DNA of 64,000 bases from Microthyrium microscopicum (taxonomy: Eukaryota): positions 496,001 through 560,000 of the forward strand of contig MU004239.1 of the NCBI GenBank assembly GCA_010405405.1, in the 5' to 3' direction. The notes under the pieces were generated by a model, which made no database searches, was not told the DNA's origin, and saw only the letters and a list, made by a program, of their open reading frames with translations. A program made the translations under genes and the position numbers. Numbering within the stretch: position 1 is the first letter of the stretch; each line of letters opens with the position of its first letter. Below are positions 1-13,822 of the stretch, in pieces.

Positions 1-212
1 AAAACCTCGCCAGTTTTTATACTACCCGTTTATCTTGCTTCGCACGGGAAAAATGCTTTCGCAGGAGAAAAACCAACCTGTAAGTGTTCTAGGGAAGAAC
101 ATCCTCCTATCGCCCTGTCACTGCTCAGCCCATTATGCCTTTGAAATATAGCTAGTGATCAGTTAGGTAGCACCGCTCCGGCTCTCTTGATCTTTCAAAT
201 AACCATTTCTAG

Positions 213-650
213 GTTAGCACTGACATCATACTCCATGGCGATCCATGGCAATACAGCTCAACGTTTGAAGCTGGGCTCTATCTTCTACCTTCTGCGGCAA
301 TGGAGCGACCAGATGGCTGCAGACTATTGCTTCCATATCCACTCACGCCTCAAAAGTGGGTCAAGTACGGCTCTGGTGATTTGCTTCACAAAGAGGATAG
401 ATTTGATGGTCTATATCAGGGCCAACGTCAAAGTCGAGGCATGCGGCACTACCTTCTTCTTGGTGAACCACAAGATCCGTGCTCGGAATGGTGCCTGCGT
501 CTAGAGCTTTTGCTACAAAATTGGAAAGATATGGTTGAGAAGGGTCATTGGAAAGTTGATGCAGATGGAGTGGCAGGAGGAATCGATATGTTCAAAGAAG
601 CTGATTCGGAAGACAAGTGGGACTTGTATCATGTCCCGAAAACTTGGTGA
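213..650 (+). CDS. Last exon of a fungal hypothetical protein (5' part lies upstream or outside the window)
   Basis: Frame is open from the TTCTAG acceptor at 212 (..DPWQYSSTFEAGLYLLP..DGCRLLLPY..WKVDADGVAGGIDMFKEADSEDKWDLYHVPKTW*). The C-terminus resembles a family of uncharacterised ascomycete proteins recalled from memory. Confidence 0.6.
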   Translation, partial: VSTDIILHGDPWQYSSTFEAGLYLLPSAAMERPDGCRLLLPYPLTPQKWVKYGSGDLLHKEDRFDGLYQGQRQSRGMRHYLLLGEPQDPCSEWCLRLELLLQNWKDMVEKGHWKVDADGVAGGIDMFKEADSEDKWDLYHVPKTW

Positions 651-1614
651 GCTAGTGCCTACAATGAGTGTACTCGATATGTTTCTGCTCAACCAGCAGT
701 AACCTAAAGATATCAAAGAAACACAATCTGCTTGCCTGCTAAGATGTAGGTGTTGCTCTCGTCATTGCACACTAACTTGATATAATCTACCTGTCAAAGT
801 CTTTGTCGAATTTGAACCATGTATTCTTTTGTGAATATCCCCATTACTTACGGATTATCATTCCAAGTTCATGAGAGCTGTTTACGTCTCTGGTGACATA
901 GGTAATCTCCCAACCAGGTAAATAAAGAGTACAATGGTGCCCTATTTGAGCCTCTGATGATCGCGAGTACCGTTAGATTTACAGGACGTAACTGCACAGA
1001 TCTGTGAATTGTGGCGAGTCAAGAGAATATCAGGGTTGATGTTATATCATAGAGTGATGTGTTATATGATCAAGCTTTCGGATCAGTCCATGATCTACGA
1101 ACGATCTAACTAACACACATTTCTTAACATGACTTCCAAGCAAGTATTACACTTACACTATAGCATACATTGAAGGCATACGTCAAGGACATTCTAAAGT
1201 ACTGTTTATGAAAGCGGGCCAAATCACGCGGGCCGCGCAACGAGTCGGATGTTCCGATTGTAGGGGAATGGCAAGGTTAGGTTACGATCTCCAGATTTAT
1301 GAAGCGACTTTGTGCGGCTCAAATCTATAGGTCGACTTTATCCAAAACCAGAAAAATGGATTACATCGTCTAGCCAGCTAACCTGGCTCCCCCGCAATGT
1401 TCTTTATATGTTATTCAGTACTAATGACGGGTATCCCGAAACGAGAGGCCAACAGTAGTTCATGAAAGTAGTGAAATTAGTGAGAACAATATCAACCCTA
1501 GATGACCTTTAGAGATGACATATAATAGAGACAAAGACCCTTTCCGCCTTGTCTTTGAAAAGCTATCCCAACAACTAATCGCAAAGTCACTCCTTTTCAA
1601 AGTCAGATATCATC

Positions 1615-2462
1615 ATGCGTTCGTCAATTGCAGCAATTCAGGTCCTCGCGGCCGTCACAGCGGTTGTAGAAGCTCAAGCAGCTGGAGGAAGTGGAAAATA
1701 CAAGGCTACATATACCACGGTTCCCGGATTTGCGAAGCATACTATCTACGCACCAGCAACTCCTCCCGCTGAGAAGCTTCCTATGATCACTTGGGGTAAC
1801 TCTGGATGCGCCGGAGACGGAGTGGGATTCGCTACTTTCCTCACCGAGCTCGCTAGCCACGGATACGTTGTTGTCGTCAGTGGATCTGGAAGCAACTTCA
1901 ACTCTCAGTCAACGAATAAAGATATGCAAGACTCCATTACTTGGGCCTCATCGCCAGGTGCGGCCAAGTACAACATCGATACTTCCAAGATTGCCACTTC
2001 CGGCCAGTCTTGTGGAGGTATCCAAGCCCTTCACGTTGGTCAGGGAAATCCTAAGGTCAAGTTGATTACGTTATTCAACAGTGGGTCTCTGGGTGCCCAA
2101 GATTCTGTTGTCGCTGCCAAGGTCAACGTTCCAATCGGCTTCTTCCTTGGTGGATCTTCTGACATCGCCTTTGCCAATGTAAATGCAATCATTGCATCTA
2201 TAGAATTATGGGCTAACTTCTTCGCCAGGGTGAGAAGGATTATAACAACAACATCCCCAAGACTATCCCAGCATTGAAGGCTAGTTACAACTCTGGACAT
2301 ATGGGAACATATTTCGCTGCCAACGGTGGTACATACGGAAAGGCTGCCGTAAACTGGTTCAACTGGCAACTCAAGAACGATACCACCGGCAAGGCCGCTT
2401 TCCAACCTGGTGGACTTCTCACCCAAGAGAAGTGGACTATCACATCCCGAAACATGGCTTAG
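1615..2462 (+). CDS. Secreted alpha/beta-hydrolase (dienelactone hydrolase/chlorophyllase-like esterase), 2 exons
   Basis: Signal peptide, LASHGYVVV, nucleophile elbow GQSCGG, then SSDIA and GHMGT as putative Asp and His. Intron 2179-2228 (GTAAAT..GCTAAC..CAG) joins the two ORFs in frame. Confidence 0.85.
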
Positions 2463-2992
2463 ATAGTTTAGTTCAGCTCAAGTCTCGTTTTGATGTCCAA
2501 AACAAATTCATGAAAGGAAGACTATCTTCTAGAAGATCGGGTTTATAGTACTTGTAGCTACAGAGCCTTACAATAGCATAATACAAAATTTATGACAATC
2601 TAGTTTTCGTAATTATTTGAGCAAGAAAAATGTCAAACTTTGCGTACTTGAGTATTGGTTGATGCTCCAGTTGTACATACAGATGATATATCTTGTGAGG
2701 CGAACTGGAGAATTTATGGTTCATTTCATGACTTTCCCGACTCCTCTACCATATGAGGAGAGCAATTTCTGCAGGGTCTCGCACAAAGATGAAGCTAATG
2801 CCAAAGGTGACTAGTAGCGAATCAATGTTGCAGCCGAACAAATCTAGAAGCTCTTTGTAGGTTGCCACGATGCTTTCATGCAACTCCTAATCAATTGCCC
2901 GCGAATACTCAAGTCGAAGAATATCCATCTTCCTATTCGAATAAACCAGTTTTGTTTTACACATCCTTGTTGAAACCAACAACACTATCAGA

Positions 2993-4006
2993 ATGTCGCT
3001 CCGCCCAACCTACACTGATGAGGAAATCACTCAATATCTAGAACACATCTACGGAGCGTCCCATAAGTTGTCTACTGCGGCAGCACTCCGAGAAGGATTC
3101 ACCAACGACCCCGTTGAGACGTTGACATCGCTTCAATTGCACCACCAAGGAACAATCCCATGGGGCGATGTAGCGTTACACTATTCGAAAACAAAGACTG
3201 TATCTCTAGAACCAGATGCTCTCTTCCAAAAGCTCGTCATCCGTAAGCTAGGCGGTTATTGCATGGAAGTCAACACCTTCTTAGCGACTGTTCTGCATAG
3301 CGTAGGAGTCAAACTGTATCGTACAGGAGGACGTATTTCAAACGCTGTTGAACCGCACGGAAGAGATCCCGAAGGATTCTCTGGATTGTAAGCCAACGCT
3401 TAAAAATTGACGAGTTGTCCAGGTTTAACTCTCGCTAGTGAACATATGGTTATATTAGCCACGCTTAACGGTAAGATATACCACGTTGATGTGGGCTTCG
3501 CGAACCATGGACCCATTGGACCAATTCCATTGGAAGACGGAGCCATGGTAGCTGGAGTACCTGGCATACAAGTGAGACTTGTTCGCAAAATCATTAAAGG
3601 AAGTGTAAGTGGTCAGAAGTTGTGGGTGCTGGAGACGAAGGATGCGACGAGTAATGCGTGGAAAAACGCGTATTGTTTTGGTGAGCAGGAGTTTTTGCCG
3701 CAGGATTTTGTCTCGATGAATTATCGGACTATGACGGATCCGACTAGTTGGTTCACGTACACACTTATTATGGCGCGGGTGTTTTTGAAGGAGGGAGCGA
3801 ATGGCGAGAAGGAGGCTGAAGGGACTTTGACGCTGGTGGGCGATACAGTGACTCAGAGGATTGGCGCTGGAGAGTCGAAGGTTGTTGTGAAGTGCGAGTC
3901 TGAGCAGGATCGGGTGGATGCATTGAAGAAATATTTCGGTATTGTGTTGAATCAAGAGGGGGTGAAAGGAATTGTGGGCGCAAAGTCTGAGATCAAGTCA
4001 AGGTAG
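2993..4006 (+). CDS. Arylamine N-acetyltransferase, paralog A, 2 exons
   Basis: IPWGDVALHYS, GGYCMEVN (Cys), EHM (His), VDVGF (Asp). Intron 3388-3438. Confidence 0.9.
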
Positions 4007-4097
4007 ACATTTGAAGCAAGTCAATTCTACACTATAGTACAGTGCTTCAGAATGAGTCTAGAAGAGAAGTATGACATCCTCTGGTATCATCTCAGTA

Positions 4098-7082
4098 TCA
4101 GTTATCGACATCCATAACCGAGTCCTGGGTATCAGCCTCATCTTCCGAGTATACCTCAGCTTGCTTGGCCTCCGCAATTACCGCATCCATTCGAAGAAGA
4201 AATTCCTGCTGCAACTTGATCAACCACTGTCTCAACGGCTCGCCTTCTAAGGTACCATCTCTAGCCTGCTCCAGCTGCTCTTTGAGATGCAACATGATCT
4301 TTCGCTTGCGTGAGGTGACCACAGCACTAGAGGTATTTTTGCTTCGACGAACTTGAGTTTCCAGAACATCGGAAACATGTTCTGCGTACTGAATGACATC
4401 TTGTGGGAAAGGATACACTCGTGCAAGTGCAAGACCATAATGGCTATTTGGCACAAGACCTTCGGCTACTTGATACAGCATAGTCATCTCACTCATGGAA
4501 TCGTCGATTTTGACGCCCATGTGCAGTGAGATAACACCGGGTCGTTCGGCCAAGATCTTGACAAGATCTTTGAAGTGAGTGGCGAACCAGACGAAAGCTT
4601 TGCTTTCAATGAGAGCTTCGGCTATAGCAATGGCGATTGCTAGACCATCTCGGGTTGATGTTCCACGGCCAAGTTCGTCTACGATGACGAGAGAGTGAGG
4701 ATCGATATTGCGTAGAATGAACGCCATTTCTCGCATCTCAAGCGCAAACGTGCTGGCATTTGCTTCGATCGAGTCGTCAATACTTGTTCTAGCAAACAGT
4801 TGATGTATGATGGGAAGACAGGCATGCGTTGCTGGGACAAATGCGCCAATCTGCATCATCAAATTGATCAAGGCAATGCTGCGAATGTAAGTGGACTTTC
4901 CAGACATGTTGGCTCCTGTAATGATTTGGAATCGACTTTGGCGAGCTGCGTATGCATCATTGGGTATGTATTTTTGTGCCTGGAACTTCTCGCGAATGGG
5001 ATGTCGACCTTGCCGAATTGCGAGTGTACCGGCAATGTCAGGTCGGGCTATCACGATTGTCAGGGTTGTATTTTGAGTGGAGATACGAAACTCACTGTAA
5101 TCATTGGCAATAGTTGCGTTCGCAAAGGAAGCAAGCTACCAAATCAGCAAAAGCATGATAATTGAAAGCCGACTTACCATATCAAGTAAAGCGATAGATT
5201 CGCAACATTTGTAGAGACTCGACATGTGTTGTCGGATTTGATCCATTAGTTCGTTAACAGCTTTCTCACCTAAAAACGGTCAGAGGTTTAGATAACAATG
5301 TAATGTCAACTTACATTGCTGCATGATCTCTAGCTCGCAGTCTCTGATCTGTACAGTAAGTTAGCACTGGACCAGTCGTATCAGAGAAGTAGCGTACCTT
5401 TTGATTCAGCTTCAAGAGCTCAAGAGACTGACATTCAAGATTGTCCTTTCTCTTCACGACGTTGATGAAAACATCAGGTAAGAAGCGCTCCGTAAGATCG
5501 CCTTTTGGGAACCGAATGTAGAATTGTCGGCCAACTTCGAATTTGATCTCCACTGGCAACCCAGTCTCATCTAAGCTGGATGTAAGGATTTATTCGACAA
5601 CGTCTGGTGTGGTCTTACTTTGAATGGCTTGGATGTGTTCGTAGGCATCATCTTGTGCCTCTCTAAAAGCCTGGCGAGCGATATCCAGCATACCATCGGA
5701 GCCAGACTGATATATCAGTGGCTGTTCAAAGGTCAGACATTACTTCATACCTTGATAGCATAGTTTCGTTGGTTGCGAATCTCCAGCGGAGCTTTAGCAA
5801 ACATGGCATCTTCGTTGACAGTGTCATTGATCAAGGCGATGACCGGTTCAATGTTTGATGTAGCACAATAAGATTGGATGCGGCACAATAGCTCACATTG
5901 GCAGCCAGCTAGTGCGTGAAAGACTGGTTCAACTGCCAAAACGAATTGTTTGAGCATGATCAATCGGTTGACTGCTTGCTCGCGATACCAAGGGGAAGGG
6001 TTATTGGGTATGATGATGATCTGATGGCCAATTAGTCAATCACGGTATTGCAGTTTCACTTGTCTCACGTCTGTCAGCACTTTCTCGGCATCAACAAATG
6101 TCTTCAAGGCTATCACAACGTTAGCTCGGCCGAAAGAACCCAGGACATGTACAAGCCTTGTCGAACGGCCATAAACATTTCTTGGTTCGCGGATAGCTCT
6201 CCCACAGCATCGAGACGGGAATTGATTTTGTTGACATCGGTGGATGGCTGTAAGATGTTGGTTCTCAAGTATCGGGCACCCATAGGAGTCGTAGTATCAT
6301 TCAACAAGCCAAAGAAACATTGCTTGGACTTGGGGTTCTCAAGGTTTTGGATGAGCTCTAGGGAGTTGATAGTGGATACATCGATAACCACAGATCCCTC
6401 GGCAGAGGAGTAGGTCACTCGTAAGGAATGAAAGGGGAATTTGGTATGGTGCTTCACATCGACATGTTTGATGACCTATGAGAATTGAGTTATCACGACG
6501 AGTCAAAACGGAAAACGATGTTCTCACGGCAGCAAAGCAGCAGACTGCAAAGTAGTTACCACCAATGGAGACCTTGAGGGCTTCCACGTCTTCAGAAAAG
6601 GCAAGGCGGTTGAGATACTCGAGTCCAGCTGTCTCTGCGAAGAACGCTCGGTCAACGGCTCGGATGGTACTGATGTCACCCAGATTCTCCTCTAGACAGA
6701 GGTTGAGTTTCGAAATGTAAGTGGCTGCAAATTGTGGCACAAGGATTTCAGATGGTTCATAGACAGACAGTTTCTGAATAGTGCGAACATATGATTGATT
6801 GTCGCTAATCTGACAGAGAAAGGCTTCGCCAGAGTGCAAGTTCAACATAGCGATTCCAACTGTAGGAGAAACGCCTCGGGATTCAGTGATCGCACAGATG
6901 ATTTGCTGGTTGTTGATGGTTGATACTCCAGTTCGAGGACGCGCTGTACTTGGACGACCACTGCTGTGTCCTGTTCGTGGACGAGACGTGGTAGTCGTAT
7001 TGTACGGAAAGGAACGCGAACGCGAGTTCGACGCGTACGACGCGTACGACGTGGATGTGCGCGACATGCTCGCCATTTCCAT
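4098..7082 (-). CDS. MSH4: MutS homolog 4 (meiotic crossover factor), 9 exons
   Basis: ICAITESRGVSPTVG, QISDNQSYVRT, TINSLELIQNL, Walker A GANMSGKSTY, VDELGRGTS, FATHF. Eight introns were traced by eye and keep the frame. Start could be 7082, 7076 or 7067. Confidence 0.95.
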
Positions 7083-7438
7083 CGCAAAAGACTTTGTATC
7101 CGACCCAGATGAGCAAGAGATGAAGTTGAGAGAAACTCAAGTTCCAAACGCGAAAGGAGGCAACAACGTTGGGCGCTTGGACCACCTTCATCTCTACGAC
7201 CGTCGTCGGGTTGAGACTGGACGGCTCCGATGCCGCCTCTCAAGCATGTATCAGATAATTTGGAAAAATACAGAGACTGGGCGTGATCTGTATTAATCTT
7301 TGACTGCGCTCGGTTTCTTGAAATTCGAGCCTGACAAGCCGACGAAGTGCATTTGACCAGTGACTGTCAACTGACCACCATTCAGTTTCTCCAAGCTCAC
7401 GATCTTACGCATATATCAGGCTCAACTTGTGTGACAAG

Positions 7439-9253
7439 ATGGCTTCTTCAACTTACATGGGATTTGATCTAAGCACTCAGCAGCTCAAAGGCATGCTCCA
7501 AAGCCAGTGTCATGACGAAGACTGACCAAATCCAGCGATCGTTGTCGACTCGGGATTGAAGCTTCTGCAAGAAGCCAAAGTCGATTTTGACGCTGATTTC
7601 CCTCACTATGGCACTTCAAAAGGAGTTCTCACAAATGATGCCGAGCATGAGATATTTGCTCCTGTGGCAATGTGGCTCGAGGCCCTGAATCTGGTCCTCG
7701 ATAGACTAAAGTCTCTAGGAGTTGATTTCACCAGTATCAAAGCTATTTCTGGAGCTGGTATGCAACATGGAGTCGTGTTCTGGACCAAAGAGGCCGAGGA
7801 TATCATGAGAACTCTTGATGCTTCGGAGACTCTAGTCAAGCAATTGCTGCTTGTGAAGGACAGCTCTGAAGGAACCTTTAGCCATGAGTTTAGTCCTAAT
7901 TGGCAGGATGCGAGTACTCAGGCACAATGCGATCAATTCAATGCTGTTCTTGGTGGACCTGAAAAGTTGGCTGAAGTCACTGGAAGCAGTGCTCACCATC
8001 GATTCAGTGGACCTCAAATCATGAGCTTTCGGGAGAAATATCCTGAGAAGTATGCCAACACAGCGAGGATATCACTTGTCTCTTCATGGCTGGCATCTAT
8101 TCTTCTAGGCAAAGTGGCACCAATCGATAGATCAGATGTCGGAGGAATGAATCTCCAAGATCTCCAAAGCGGAACCTGGAATCAAGACCTTCTCACTCTC
8201 GTAGCAGGCAGCAAAGAAGGAGCAGCAGACCTACACAAAAAGCTAGGAGACGTTCCCACCGATGGAGGAGCCAGTTTCGGCAACATATCTCCCTACTTCA
8301 CAACCCGCTACGGTTTTCCTGAAACTTGCCAAATCATCCCCTTCACCGGCGACAACCCATCCACCATCATCGCCCTCCCCATGCGCGAAAACGAAGCAAT
8401 CGTCAGTCTCGGCACATCCACCACCTTCTTAATGTCCACATCCCACTACAAGCCCCATCCCTCCTACCACTTCATGCCCCACCCCACCACCCCCGGCCTC
8501 TACATGTTCATGCTCTGCTACAAAAACGGCGGTCTAGCCCGCGAACAAATCCGCGACACCCTCAACCTCAACCGCAACTTCCTCCAACCCACCACATCAA
8601 CCTCCTGGACCACCTTCAACGATCTCGCCCTCTCGACACCACCTCTCGGCCAATCTACCCCATCTGATCCCATGCGTTTAGGCCTCTACTTCCCACGCCC
8701 AGAAATCGTGCCCGCCGTACACGCCGGTCTCTGGCGCACACATTACTCGCCCTTGCAAAACACTCTCACGACCGCACCGCAGGGTAATCCGGATAACTGG
8801 ACCCTCCCCGACAACGACGCGCGCGCGATCCTAGAATCACAATTCCTCTCCATCCGTCTACGCTCCGCACCACTCGTTACTACACCATCATCTCATCCGG
8901 ACTTACCACCACAGCCAAGCCGGATCTACCTCGTTGGCGGCGGCGCACTAAACCACGCGATTACGAATATTTGTGGCCAAGTACTTGGTTCCGCAGAAGG
9001 TGTGTATAGACTCGACGTAGGCAGTAACGCATGTGCGCTGGGCGCTGCGTATAAAGCTGTCTGGGGCGCGGGGCGGAGGGACGGAGAGACTTTCGAGGCG
9101 TTTGTGGGCGCGCGGTGGCGGGAAGATGGGTTTGTGCAGCGGGTAGCGGATGGGTATGAGGAGGGTGTGTGGGAGCGATATGGGCAGGCGGTGGGTGGGT
9201 TGGAGATGTTGGAGCAGGAAGTTGTTAGGTTGGCAGGCGTGGGTGGGCAGTAG
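7439..9253 (+). CDS. XKS1: Xylulokinase (FGGY kinase), 2 exons
   Basis: Exon 1 MASSTYMGFDLSTQQLK, GC-AG intron 7491-7535, then SGAGMQHG, PNWQDAST, AHHRFSGPQI, FTGDNP, SLGTSTT, CYKNGGLARE. Confidence 0.93.
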
Positions 9254-9741
9254 GAAGGATTGGCGGGTTGGATGACGGATGCGGCAGGACCTTGCAGGAG
9301 ATGGCATCAAGAGCGGTCGAATAGTAGGTCTTGTTGGTGGCTCAGGGGGGGCTTGGTGGTTGGGTTTAGTTGGGCGCTTGCACGATGGACGATCTGTTCA
9401 AGTCAGGGGAAATCAGGTTCCTGAGATGAGATTGTCACGAACGAGAAGTAAGAAATATTTGCAAATTGCCAGGTTTGTAATGATTCGTGGTATATTAGTA
9501 TTTAAAAATCAACAAAGGAAAAGCCTATTCATCCTCCCCGATTTTTGCCCAAAAAGCAAAGCATGCGTAGTGGTATATATAAAAAGACTTGGGCCGTTAA
9601 AGATCTCGCTAGAAACCAACGAGGCCAGCCGATCCCAGCAACACCGGCCCAAGAAAAGATATGATTTGTCCTTGAAAAAGCGCTGAACAATCATCCAAAT
9701 GCAAAATATTCATCAAAACACAATCGCATTATCCAACATCA

Positions 9742-11276
9742 TCACCGAGCACCATAAGCGCCGGGAATTGCCACCTCGCCATACTGGACTTCGCCAGGAG
9801 CAACAGGTGCCACATATTCGGTTGGCGTTGATGCTTCTGACTTGTTGGCCTTGGGAGCCTTTGATGGTGGTGCTTGAAGAGCGAATGGTGCAGGCTCGGT
9901 GAACTTGCGCTCATTAATGGTGACAAAGCGGCCGTTGTCGAATTTCTCGTCATAGCCGGCCTCGCCGTCTTCCATCTGTCGTTCCTGGTTGTAGCTCTCG
10001 TAGCCCTGTGGTGGTTGCCATCCTCCGTCGCGGGGTGATAGTAGACCACCTGGGAGACCGGGTGTGTTTGGTGCAGATTGGAATTTGAGTTGGGCGAGAT
10101 AGAGATCAGAGCGAGCGCGGTCACGGGCGGCCATTGTCTTCCGTAAGCGACGCTTGGAGTAGTAGCGATAAAATGTGATGCCGTAGATGATGATTGTGAT
10201 GACTTCAATGACGATTTCAATGATGGCGCAAATCAGGGACCAGTTCTGATAGCAAGTTAGTTGTGATCGCATAAAAAAGGGGCAGTGTTGCTTACTTGAA
10301 GACGGCAGATGAGTGCGTATGGAACATCATCTTGAAAGACGTGCTTGCGAGGATTCTCCTTGCAGCTCCATCCCCAAATGTCTGTACCATTGTTGTTGTT
10401 TTTGGCAGTGTTTAAAACAAGAGCTCCGACAAACCACATTACAATACTGAAGACAAAGAATGCAACAGTGAATGTAGTGTAGTAGACTGCGACCTTCTCT
10501 GCTCGTCTGTGACCTCCCTTCCAGTACTGGTAGAAGATGAACATGCAGAGAACGAGAGAAACGCAGGCGATACTGAGGAGAACTATTTGAGGCCAGACTG
10601 GAGTTTGTGGTGCCCAAGCTGGAAGGTTATTTCGGGGAGGTAGGCTCTTCGTTGCCCGGAAAATACTGAATGTGGTTGCAAGCATAGAAAGAACGATAAG
10701 ACTGCAGCCGAAATTGACTCCACGCATGATAAACTTGGCCCATCTTACGCGAACCTTTGATTTCTGCGATGGTTGTTAGCAAGTGCATGATATAAAAGCC
10801 TGGGTCATACATACGATATCTTTCTTCTGCTCCACTTCTGTTTGTTGCTCACTCTTCTCTAGCACCTGCTCTTCCCGGAAGGTTGGACTGAGTATGGTGT
10901 CCATGTTTCTTGGAGCAGCACCAGGACTTTTAAGCGCCGACTTCAGAGGAAGATCGATTCTAGGTTTTGCAGACATTGGGGCGAGATATCTCTCGTCGGT
11001 TTCTTCCATTTCGACAGTCATAGCGGAAGCGCGCTGGTTTACAAAGCCAAATCCAAGATCAGAAACCTGCGGTTGGGGAGCGTAGTGGTTTGTTGGAGGA
11101 TCCTTGAATGGGTTCTTGGGAGCGTCTATTGGAGAATATACTGCGGTCGCCTCGGCGAACCGAGCAGTCCTTGGAGATTTGAGAGGAGCAGATGCGGTCG
11201 AGTCTGATCGATCCCGACTGATGGTTACTTGAGGAATGTTTTTGGAGTATTGTGGAGGCGGAGGAGTAGCTGACAT
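9742..11276 (-). CDS. Four-TM fungal membrane protein, HAM-8 (hyphal anastomosis-8)-like, 3 exons
   Basis: PLKSPRTARFAEAT N-terminus, KVRVRWAKFIMRGVNFGCSL, four hydrophobic helices, DIWGWSC..ICRLQNWSLICAIIE. Introns 10814-10764 and 10295-10246. Family assignment is from memory of motifs. Confidence 0.75.
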
Positions 11277-13822
11277 CCTTTAACTTGGAGTTGGTCAACA
11301 GGCCTCGTCAGATCCGGGGGCGAAGCGCAGGGAATGGGAGAATATCAGAAAATGAGATTCACTGAGGCCAGCCCAGAGATATACTCGGCGTATGCAAGTT
11401 GAAAATGTATAACAGGATAGAGGAAGACGAATATGAATAGACCAGCTTTAGAGAGAAGAAAGGAAACAGGAAGTACGTACAAGGTGCAGCTGGGGAAGTT
11501 GGAGGGTTTTCTTCAGCGAGCAGCAATGTGCAGCAAGAGGAGTCTAGTGGAGCACTGGTGACTGGACACTGGAGAGAAAGGCGGCGGCTGTGAGTTTTGG
11601 GATATTGGCAGGTCGCGATGAGGAGATGTGATATTTGATAGGCTGAGCTATTCTCGGGGCAGATGCAGTGTGAGCACTGACCGTGCCACTGGCCTGTTCC
11701 TAGCCGCCAGCCAATTCATACCCTTGCTGCAGCTTCCAATCGCCCAATAATGAGAGGGAGAGAGGTCTCTCTTTGATGGTGGTGGGCTTCGTGTGGTGAT
11801 AAAGGTCAGGCTGGTTGACCTGGCAGACCAGGCTTGATCTGCTGCTTACGCTGATCACGACTTTCCCTAGGGCATCTGTCTCTCTTTGCCATACCAGTCG
11901 GTAAAGATATGCTCCATGAGTCGCACACATTACAGCATCGATGCTGAAAATAGGAAAGCTCCCAAGATCAAGGCCCAAAACCAAGGTGTCCGCAGTTCAC
12001 AAGTCCCCATTACGGGACCTGATGCCAGTCTGCCAGTACCAGCATGAACATTGTCTCCACTATCAATCCCCAGCATGCCGGTTGAAGCCAGAGAGCAGCT
12101 CGAGTTGTTGAGCCAGCTGCCAGCCGAAGTTGGAAGCACATCAACCGCAAAGGCAAAATGGAGAGAGCCTCGAACACCATCGAATTGGGCAGTGTGCTGA
12201 GCATGTTGGTTGGCTGTGCATAAAGCCACGGCCGTCACAAGCTTGCAACTCAAATCGGGTCTTTATCGGTTTGATTGGTGAAGAAACTGAGAGAAGAAGG
12301 ACTGGCGTCCCCTGGTACGTCCTCGAGCCGAAAGTCCACGCGCACGTCGCAGTTGTGTGGAGCCAACCGCTGGCCACTCAGCGTTTCTTCCCTCGGCGGC
12401 AACCAACGACAGCCCATCCAAGAAAAAAGCCATCACTCTGGTTTTGCGTAAATTCACACCACTGTTTCCAACCTCTCTTTTCTCGCTTTTTTCCCAATAT
12501 TTGCCATCAAACCGCATCTTGATATTGTACAATTGCAATTTCTCCCGCCTTCAACCTGATGCAATGCAGTGATACCGCACTTTGCCTGTCGCAAAAGTCC
12601 CCCACTGCACTCTTACCGCATACGGCATCTCACATCAGCGCGGAAATATTCGCCGCCTCATCTTTATTAACCTGGAAACTTGATAGACCTCCCAAGGTTT
12701 TTGCGCAATCAAGCAGCCCTTGGCATATTCTGGCAGCCACTCCGCCCGGCTCTGGTTCGGGGCAAGCCGTAGTGTCTCGTGTCGGCGAATTAGCGTGGAG
12801 CTACCCAAAAGAAATAGTTCAAGATTAAATGCTTCCACTTCAGGGATAATTAGCTGCAGATTCTGTGACAACCCGTTGCCTGTTTTGTGGTATTTTACCG
12901 GCTTTTTGATCGACTGTCTATTTTTAGACCTGTCAATCGCTCATTGCCACAGCGCTTAGCAACCAACCTGTTCGGCGCCTGCAAGTTCTGGATATTGATT
13001 CATATTATTCCACCTTTCTCTTCATGACGATGAATTCGAATCGCTAATGATTTTCATATGTATGAGGCTGCCGATTATCACATTTCTCGAAACACAAATT
13101 TTTCGGATAATATGTGACTCCTTTTCAAGCAATGCTTTCAAGCGCTCGAGCAAGTACCGGAAATGCACAAAGCATGATGAAAATAGAACAAGTTGAAGCA
13201 TTTTTCTTCATGACTCTTGAGATCAGGGGTGAGGGACAAAAAATCATGGTTCAAAATCAGATAGTTGCTGATCGAACGCCCTGGTATCAAGTGAGTAGAA
13301 CAATGAGCAAAATATAGCAAAGAATCCTTGAAACTGCATCATTATGCAGTGTTTCTTTATACTCGAGACCTTGTTCGAGTCCATGGTGTGGAGTTACAAC
13401 AGGTAGGCTATGCTTTGTTTAACAGTGCTAGTCTCACTACAGGTCTCACAGAATACCTAATTACCGTACGAACTAGTAGTAAGCTTCTCCACTTAATTGA
13501 AGAACCAGCCTTTCCAGCTAAATATATCGTCAACTGTAGCACGCATAGCTTTGCAGGCACCAAGCCAATGTCAGTCCAATGGAAGATTTTGGAGATTCAT
13601 CTGGTGCGCTTCCGAGTTCTTTTGGAAATTAAAAGACTCAAGATTTTTGGATGCGAGGAATCTTAAGAACCAAAAAGTCGTTTGTAGTTCGAGTTAGTAA
13701 GCCGTGATGCTTGGCATCAAGATAGGCACATGGAGATCTCCAACCTCCTCTCATCAACCCCCACTACCTTAAAAGCGCTACATCTTTCGATCCATATTAA
13801 TCGTTCGTGATGAACATACACT

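Noticed and set aside
7029..7052. Tandem GACGCGTAC repeats containing MCB-like ACGCGT
   Set aside because: They lie in MSH4 coding sequence and are explained by the SYASYAS peptide repeat.
11300..13800. Long intergenic region upstream of the HAM-8-like gene as an ncRNA or transposon
   Set aside because: No terminal repeats, transposase remnants or RNA motifs seen. Probably promoter and UTR.
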